64,000 bases of DNA, taken from Raillietiella orientalis (Eukaryota). The stretch spans positions 3,410,001-3,474,000 of the forward strand of contig JAYWIR010000018.1 of assembly GCA_036172245.1 (NCBI GenBank), given 5' to 3'. Shown one piece after another: positions 55,501-64,000 of this stretch. The notes beneath the pieces were generated by a model. It did no database searches. It saw only the letters and a list, made by a program, of their open reading frames with translations, and was not told the DNA's origin. Position numbers and translations under genes: made by a program. Numbering within the stretch: position 1 is the first letter of the stretch; each line of letters opens with the position of its first letter.

Positions 55501-57959
55501 ATGACGCGAAAATCGCATTTCCACATGGATGTTGCCGGGACACCTCGCCTGCCAGCTTGAATGCGAAAAAGTGCTTTAGACAGATCGTGTCTTCCTCGGA
55601 TTTGCAGGTGAGGGAGGGTGCAGATGTGACCTTAGCTCGCTGCTTCGCTCTTGCGAGGAGGACCGATTTAGTGTCTGATGCTTCCTTCGGAACCAGAAAG
55701 CCAGAGAAGGACTTTCCATGAGTTCTGTTTCTATAAGTCTGAGGCAGGATCAAAGGAACTTTCAGAATCAAGAACAACCGTCAGCATGAAGCTTCCGTCG
55801 AGGTAACTCGGACTGGGTCGTGTACCTCGTTTCCGGCACAGCACTGAAGCGTTAGTGAAAGCTTCACCCCTTGTGATTTCATGCCTTTAGGAAAGATCTC
55901 TTCGAGAATCACGAAAAAAAAAAACGCAAGCATTTGGCCAGGGAGAGAAGCAGCATTTTCGAGGAAGAGTGCAATAACATAAAACTGAAGAAAACTCAGT
56001 GGAAATGCTTAATCCGAAGGTCACTCTTTGCAGCCATTGTGTAGAGGATGGCAGCGCTACTGAACTGATAATCCAAAGTTTGGTAAGAAAAAGGAAAAAG
56101 TCCTCTGGAGGAAACTCTCGCTTGCCCGTCATTTGCTCAGCCTTCGTATTTCTCACGCAACGTGCAATCACTGATATACGTTTGTGTCTGCATGCCCGTA
56201 CCCACATATGCCGTCTGGAGGATCAAAGAACCTGCACCACATGAACGTCCACCTTGACGTCCATATGCACCATCCGCCACAGTCTTTCACCTCGTTTTAG
56301 CCGAATACCGCCGCGTATGCTGCAGTTCGGAGAAGATCAATTGTGCAGCTTGAACTCAATCACGGAAACTACATTGCAGGAGACTTCTCAAGATAGAAGA
56401 GCCTTCCGATGCTTGCTGCTTGGCAGCACACCGAAACACGCTGTCACTTGATCTGTTTCATCTGTTGAGTTTCAGCCACCACCATTTGCAGCAGGCAGCA
56501 GGCGAACTGCTGCCATTGCTGCTGAAAACAATCTCTGCCGCCTTCACGTGATAAGTGGAGTTTTATTGATCCTTGGCCTCGAGTCCGAAGGCGAGCGCCC
56601 GTGTTCGGAAACATAAACAACGTTCGCTTCTGCTGATTTGCCACTACTCCTTAAAAAAACAGTTCTTTGGTCAAGGTACCCTTCTTGTGTTCCATAATTT
56701 TCTCTCGTTTGTTTTGGTTCTTCTCCGCATATTCAATTGGGCAACGGTGCTGAGTTCTCCTCTTCCATGAATGAGAATCGCTTCAACATGCATGTTCCCA
56801 TGCCACAACTTGTAAATGAAGGAGACGCAATCATGATGAAGATCACTTTCCAGCTTCACGTCATCACTATCGTCCAACGTTCCAAAGCGCCTGCAAGGAT
56901 TGCTGCGTGAGTTCGCAACATGGCTGCTGATTCCCTCGCTGCAAGTTCTCATCAACTCCCACGAGGTTGGATGACAAGAATTTCCCTTAAAGAGGGATCC
57001 AACCTTCTTTCCCTTATCCATTCTGAAAAAGAAGAAGAAAAAGAGGATTCATGCTGCTACTGAACGCGAACTGCTCCAGGTAGCGCATTCTTCGGATTCA
57101 TTTGCTTAGGTCTCTGAGTCTCCCGGTGCGATTGAACGTCATCATCCGAATCTCGGACCTCTGCTTGTTGAAAGGACGGATGCAAGAAATCGTTTCCCTC
57201 AGTCGAAAGCATAGGCCTGGCTTGGCGGTCATCTCCTTCCTTCTAATCCACCAAAGCCCTCTTGGTTGCGTAAACTAGGAGAATGCAAAAGCCATTCTCC
57301 CGAGCTGTCGATCAAGGACTAGCCAGGTTCTCTAGTCCAAGGCTCATCAGGCAAAATCCTTGGTCCAAATTTATTAAATATGGCCTCCTAAGTAACTTCC
57401 TAACACTGGAAAGGGTGACTGCAGGAACCTTAAAGCGATGAAGACGTGGAAGATTTCAGGTCTGGTGCTATCGACGGGGAGATCAAAAGGATCCAGTAGC
57501 AACTGCTAAGGTATTCATACGGTGGTCCGGCGAGTGTCTGGCCAGAAGGTTGACGTAGATGTTTGAAAAGGCGATACCGAAGATTGCATTTGGTGACTCC
57601 ACGTTTGATTCACACAGGGGGGAAGGTGCGCGGGCTCAAAGAACTGCACTCTCCCAGCCGCACGATTCAACGCAACGCGGTATGAATGTCCTTGTCCCAT
57701 TTCCTCCGTTCGGTATCATCTTGTGTGGGAACACTTTCTGTGCTCAACGACCAACAACACCTCCCATTTGCAGACTGTGGATTCGTCATTGTTCCCATGT
57801 GGGCATCCATCATTAAGGATGGCACCGATCGGAGTAGGAGGTGTGTTGTGCGGGGGGAATCCCCAGGGTACACCTCAATAGTTGCATCGATAAGGAAACA
57901 CCTTAATAGACGGATCGAGAGAACGACTTCGGTGGTCATCGCTCAGGCTGCGCCGAAAG

Positions 57960-58050
57960 GGCACGGAGAGGGGGGGTGGACTCGAACCTTAAACCCAGAT
58001 GCGGTGCTCTGGGGCGAAGGGACGGTGATCACACTAGACGCCCCTTCGAA
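57960..58050 (-). mobile_element. Possible tRNA-derived SINE head
   Basis: Exact Pol III B-box GGTTCGAGTCC on the minus strand at 57978-57988, with a weak A-box-like GGCGTCTAGTG about 45 nt upstream. No cloverleaf. Confidence 0.3.
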
Positions 58051-58294
58051 TATTTAGCAGCGGCAATAGAAATGAGCGGTTTTTGAACCCTCCTTCTTCA
58101 CGTTGCTATGCATTTCCGATTGGCCTGACAGAAATTCCCGGCATGCGCATTGGAAACATCGGATGGGTCACCACCTTCAGTGAAAGAACCCTTGAGGATG
58201 ATTCGAAGCGAGAGAGAAGAGAGCTCAGCGAAGAGGGGGAGACCTTTTCTAGCAAGAAGAGAGGCCTTTACTGCATCCGCGACCGGTATGAGCA

Positions 58295-58478
58295 GAAATT
58301 TTCGGATAGCAAACAGGAGGGGTAGGAGAGGCTCCACTTGCCTTTCACCCATTTTCTTCTGCAGATGGCTGTGGCGATATTGAGAGATGTTTGGGGGATA
58401 AAAGGATTATATAAAAAAAAAAACCAAAGAAGTTTTTGTTAAAAGAATTTCCTCGAGTCCTCTGCAAGGAAGCGCCAA
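58295..58478 (+). repeat. Direct repeat copy 1 (184 nt)
   Basis: About 90% identical to 60155-60338 by manual alignment. Confidence 0.92.
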
Positions 58479-60154
58479 GCTAGTAAGCTGGAAGGGGAGA
58501 ATGGGCCGCGAGACATCTCTTAAGCATCCTCCCTCCTCTCGAGAAGTCAACAGGTTGGTCGGAGTGATGGATGGACGTTCTGTGAGAGAATGGAAGCGAT
58601 CTTTTGGTCCGCTGATAATTCCTCCCCCCTGCGGAATGTCGGGAATCGAACGAGAAGCTGCTTGCTGATGAACATGTGTGATGGATAAAATTCAATTTAT
58701 CCTTAGCATTTGGTATGTGCAGCGGGAGCAAAGAGGGGAGAGGGAAGAAAGATGGTGAAGAAGAGAAAGCCCCTGCCCCCCATCGAAAAAAAAAAAATAC
58801 AAAATCAATTTAACGGTCACGAAAGCAATTTGCTGAGGGTGTTTCACCCTTTAGATGTAGGTATAGTAGCTGCTGCTGCTACAAAACGACAAGACGTTTG
58901 TGGAGCACGAATTAGTAACGGAGGGGAGAAGAGGGGGTTGGAAGATGGAAAGTCCGAGGGGGACCCGATTCCTCCTTCCCGTCGTGCCTCATCCGTGATC
59001 GATCATTCCTCCACGAGTCTGAAGAGGGATGAAGTATTCAGGCATCGATTCCGGGACTCCTTCCTCATGCTTCGCCGACCAGCAGCACAGCAACGCTCTT
59101 TCCCGCGCGTTTGCTTGAGAAATGAAAATCGATGTCTTGATTCTTGAAGTCGAAGGGGGAAGCGCGCCAAAACAATAGATTCCTCCATCCTCCCGTCCCC
59201 GCCCTCTTCGCCGTCCCCCAGGAAGATACAAGATCTCCTCCTCGCACCGCTGCTTCTCTTCCAAGCAGGGGCAGCTACAGCCATCTCATCCCTGCAGCTG
59301 CTCGGAAATGATGCATAAAGAAGAGAGTGTAACTCTTCCAGGGATTCCTCCTTTCCTAGCGGAGGCTTTGCCTAGCCACTCCTTTCTCCCCCGCATGCCT
59401 TTTCCCACCAACGTTCCGAAAGAGCTCCTCAGGAGTCTGAGGACTCTTCCTCGGAAGTGAACGGAATTGAACCTGGTGCTGCCTATCGAACTGCCTACCA
59501 AAGTGGCGCGCGTGAAGGTGCGTAAGGAAGCGCCACCGCCTGAATCTTGTGACCCTCACTTCCTCCTCCTTTTCACAGGCTGCATCTTGCTGATCTTGCT
59601 GAGGGGGCTTCTAGCATCTCTTGCTTGTTTGCTCTTGCCTGCTTTTCGGAAGCCACCTTTGTGCGCATGCGTGTCTCTTTCCGCCTCCTATCCACGTGCC
59701 TTCATCACCACCTGCAGTGGGCGACGGCATGCCCATGCCCTCAGTGAGCGTAAGCTCGGAGGTGGTGGTGTCAAGGGAGCGCGGCGGTTTTCGAACAACG
59801 AAAAGCCTTCGTTGCCCTGACAGCCCAACTGGATGTGTAGATTCAAACGAACTGATTTCTGCACGCCGCGGGGACGAAACTGATGATTCTGCAAACGTTA
59901 TATCTGTGTGCGGGACGAGATACAACGTACAAAGACTTCACCGAAGATTTAGGGAACGAATCTGGAAGTGCAGCCAGTAATGCGGATGCAAGGACCTTTC
60001 ACATTTGCACCCCTTTTCCCTATCGTGAGCGAAGAGATGATGAAAGCACACACGTATCGGTCAGGGAAGGAACGAAAAGAAATGCTGTGGGATTCTGCGT
60101 GGCTCCGGGAACACCCTAGAGGAGGCAAGAACACCTCCCCAAAAACAGGGCATG

Positions 60155-60338
60155 GAAATTTTCGGATGGCAAGCAGGAGGAGTAGGAGAGGCTCCATTTG
60201 CTTTTTACCCATTTTCTTCTGCAGATGGCTGCGGCGATGTCGAGAGATGTTTGGGGGATAAAAGGATTATATAAAAAAAAACCCAGAGGAGTTTTCGTTA
60301 AGAGAGATTTCTTCGAGTCCTCTGCAAGGAAGCGTCAA
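60155..60338 (+). repeat. Direct repeat copy 2 (184 nt)
   Basis: About 90% identical to 58295-58478 by manual alignment. Confidence 0.92.
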
Positions 60339-60734
60339 CACTCCGAGGAACAAGCTACAGATCCCAGGGGAAAAAAAAACGCGAACGAGATCCTCCAGCA
60401 GTGACCGCCCGACCTCCTCCTTCTGGAACAGGAAGAGAGCAAAGCGCCTCCTAATATTGTGGTTTCTGAATTGATCATTTGGAACGGCAGATGACAAAGA
60501 CTTTCCCACTCATGACAATCCAATCCTCTTTGTCCCTCATACAAGTCGTTTGCAGATGATCTTGGTGCGCTCTTACACAGGGGAGAGAGGGATCCGTGAT
60601 CAACAAAGAGAGAAAAAGAAGGGAGAGGGGAACCGCAAGAGGGGGAAGGAGTAAGGCGAAGGCCTCGTGTACGCGTGCTGAACTTCATGACAGGATCTTC
60701 AGGGAGGAGCTTGGTCATGTGATGTCAGGGCATG

Positions 60735-63047
60735 TCACTGGCTTGGCGGCCCCTCTGTGGATATCAGGAGGACAGGGAAGAGAAAGGGGTTTCCAGGCGC
60801 AGTGAAATTGTAAGGAAGAGGAACGTCACTCCCTGCACCTGACTCTTAGGTTACTAGCAAAGCGCACACTCCGCCCTGGGAAAGGTACAGGGACAGGAGC
60901 AGGGGAGGACACGTCCGCATACAACGCAACTTACTGGTCGAACCCCTCCGCCTCTGGCTGTTCTGCCTGCTCTTCTCTTTGAACGCTTTGAAGGTCAGGT
61001 TGAAGTCCGGGCTCGACTGGATGTACCGGATGTCGCCGATGCTGCGCCGCCCGTCTTGCTCGTAGCGATGGACCGAGAGCAGATCTGAAAATAGTTGTGC
61101 AAGGAATGAGTCCCGTAAGGTTTTCCAGGAAAGTTGGGAGCCGCCAGAGGCTCCAAAAAAGACTCGCACGCAGGTGTAGATGCTCCTGCTACATCTCCTG
61201 CGCGCGCGCGCGAACTGGCTCTCAGCGGAATTGTGGGTATGCCTGCTGGATACGCCTGCTGCGTCCTGAATCGGCGCGGGAGGATACGGAGCGCTAGGAA
61301 GTTTTTCACGGGAGGTGAGAGGGAGCCTCATCACGTGACACTGGCCCCTGAAAAAGCTTTCTCTGAGCAGGTTCGAGCCTCAGGAAGGAGAAACCTGCGG
61401 AAGCTGGTGCTCCCGTGGAGGCAGCAGCTTCCTCATCCCGTGGAAGCAAATATCGTTGCCACTTCGACGCTTTCAACAACCCCCATCCATTCTTTCTTGA
61501 ACCCTCTCGTGGACGACCCCATCGCCCGAAAGTGGAGTTCTTCAGGGGGCTTCTCAAGCATCTGGGCGAAGCACCTCCCTGGATCATCTCCATGTCCTGT
61601 TGTCCGAGGAGCTTTTCTTCGCGTTCCAGGTGACTGAGGGATTTCCGGGCGAATGTGCCTTCGGGAGTGTACCTCCCTCTATCTCCTAGGAGAGAGTCCT
61701 TCCTCTTTTCTTGATTTCTTTCTGAGTCCTTCTAGCCTCAGGACTTGGATCCGCGCGGCTCTCTGTTTGCGCGTCCTCCCCGCTGTCCTCTCTGCGCAGT
61801 AAGAGGAAGGGAGGACGGTGGTCCGAGGGGGCCATCCTCTGGCGGAAGAAGGCCTTTACCTCTGCAGAGGATGGTGGCACAGGAGTACTTTGCGCGCCCC
61901 CGGAGGAACGCACAGGACATCCCTCTTCCATCCCCTCCGCCTTCCGAGGCGAATCTGTTCCGTAGTGCGGTTCCCTGAGGATCAAGGAGCCAGTGGGTGC
62001 AGGAACACCTGCGAAAGGTTGGGGCCTAGGATAGGAGGTGCTATCTGGTGACGCCCGGTCCTTGGGCGCCAGCTGGAAGAAGACAGAGGTGAATGAGGTC
62101 ACGGCGAGCGCACAGTCAGAGGGGTGGTCGGGAGAGCCATGGGCACAAGACGCATCTCGGATCGCCTCTTCTGAAAGGTGGTCTCGTTTCGAATGAGTCA
62201 GGTGGAGGAGGGCGGAAGGAATACGACCACTCCTTGTCCTGACTCCGTCCCAAGTGCACGTTTCCTGGGAGATGATGATGGCCTTCGTGTTTCTGGTTCC
62301 TTTGTCTGGAACGATGAGGGCGCTGGGACCTTGCTCCTCCTTGCTCAAGCGCGCTGCGCCGTTGCCTTGGCAATCTCTCCCGTCATTCCGTTGGTCCTCT
62401 GCCTCTCCTGACAGACTCCGTTTCGTTTCACGGAAGAGGGCGGGACTGCTGTCGCGAGCCAACAGGTGTCACCTCAGGTGCTGGATCACGGAAGCCCCCC
62501 TTCCCCTGTCTCTGCGCTATGAGCCTTTCTGATGCCTCCGCCTTTACCTTTGTCGTGGTCCAAGGACTCGCTCTTCACAGGAGGCTTCGAGTCGAACTCC
62601 TGATACGACCCCCTGCGGGATTCCGGATTGGACCGCGGATACAGCTTGATGTTGACCGCCCCTTCCAGGGCTCGGGAGCTCCTCCTGCTCGAGTAGGACG
62701 AATGGTCCCTCAGGCTTGCGCTGGATGGCTGTCTGGTGAAGATCTGAATGACCGAATCTCCCAGGTTTATCCCGCGTGCGAGGGATCCTGAAATGAGAGG
62801 GAAGGCCATGCTGTGGCGAACTCTCGGGGCAAGAAGCAACGAATGCAAGGGGGAGGAGTCCTTCCTGGAGGAGAAACAGGAGCTAGGGACCTCAGGATGG
62901 CCAATTCCTGTTGAAGGTGGTCCAAAGAAGAGAAGGAAGAATGAAGAGAAGAGGAAGAAAAACTAGAGGAGCGAGTCCGTACGTCATGCACGCGAAGCAG
63001 GAGAAAAAAACGATCTTAGTCACCTTCTGAAGCCCGCTGACGGCTCC
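60735..63047 (-). CDS. Probable 3' exons of an unidentified protein-coding gene (Ser/Arg-rich, likely disordered). Best exons 62787-62548 and 61084-60935; tentative 63047-63024, 62407-?, 61685-61503, 60754-60735 (stop)
   Basis: Exon 61084-60935 has ttttcag| and |gtaagt ends, is 150 nt, has strong GC3 bias and encodes DLLSVHRYEQDGRRSIGDIRYIQSSPDFNLTFKAFKEKSRQNSQRRRGST. Exon 62787-62548 has ctctcatttcag| and |gtaaag ends and is 240 nt. Both are symmetric phase 1. No family recognised. Confidence 0.55.
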
Positions 63048-64000
63048 CTGCAGAGACGAGGACAGCCCCGCCTACGAGATCGGAAACTCATCGGGCGCTG
63101 CCGACCGAGCAAGAGGGGGATGACTCGGGAGAGGAAAGCGGCGACTCCCAAAGCCGCAGCACATGCAGAGCCGTCACCGGGTAGGACGCTTAGATCAAAA
63201 TTATTCACCTTCCTTTTCTCTCCTTCCCTTTCCCTCTCTCTTTCTTCTCTCTCTTTTCCACCCCCTCAGACCCAGGCGGCTGCGAACAGCAGCAGCAAAC
63301 GCTGCTGATGCTGAGGGGGTTCCTAACCGCGATTTATTCTCTCGTGTCTCTCAGATCTTCCGTCGGCGCTAGCTTCCGAGAATCAGCTGAGATTAGTCGC
63401 GGAGATGTGGTTCCTCGGAAAGGCTCTCTCTGCAACTTTCTATAGGGAACGAACGGGTCGATCGACGGCACTGCCAGGAGGAGCAGGAGAGCTTCCATGG
63501 AGACCGCATCTTCACGCTTTCGCGGATGTTGCTTCAGAAGAGATCTGGCGGAATCCAGGAGTTCCGGTGTTGCCGATCTTCTGGATGCCGCGAAACACGA
63601 ACAGAGCCCTTTCGCACCCTGCCCTTCTCCTCTGGCGAGAACCAGGGAGGTGCTCTGTGAAAACTTTGGTTTCTTGAGAACTGTTGCCCGCTGAAGTCGC
63701 CGGCTATTCAGAGAAGCCTAAGGTTGCTTTGACTTTTCATTTCAGTAGTTGTCATGACAACAAGAGGCGCTGTAGCGTTTCAGTGCGTACTGTTTCCGAC
63801 CCCAACTTCCCTTACCCCTTTCCCTCACGAACCTGGAAACATCCTTCGATGGCAGGTAGGATGGAGAAAGAAGATCCCCACAGGAGTTGTAGAGCGGAAA
63901 ATTGGATTAAAAAAAATAATTCGACCACCGCTCCTTCATCAAGGTAGAGAGATCAAGGAAATGCCATCCTCTGCAGCGTCCTTGCTCTGCTGTTAGGTTT

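Overview
Eukaryotic (arthropod-like) nuclear DNA in two compositionally distinct halves. Positions 1-~34 kb are AT-rich and CpG-poor and hold six housekeeping genes with very short introns (mostly 37-57 nt): FARS2 (-, cut by the window edge), a C1orf198/DUF4706-like gene (+), FIBP (-), CSTF3/su(f) (-), ARFRP1 (+) and BLCAP (+). This half also carries a 5'-truncated L1/Tx1-like retrotransposon and a decayed mariner. Positions ~37-64 kb are GC- and CpG-richer and mostly non-coding, with hairpins, two duplicated segments, an (AC)53 tract and exons of an unidentified minus-strand gene at 60.7-63 kb. The most notable structure is a divergent promoter region (27.0-30.5 kb) from which two operon-like same-strand pairs radiate. 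These are CSTF3>FIBP (148-nt gap) and ARFRP1>BLCAP (258-nt gap), each ordered stop codon, poly(A) hexamer, U-rich splice acceptor, ATG. CSTF3 also has a candidate autoregulatory intronic poly(A) site. Gene identities come from manual translation and recalled family motifs; no database search was run.
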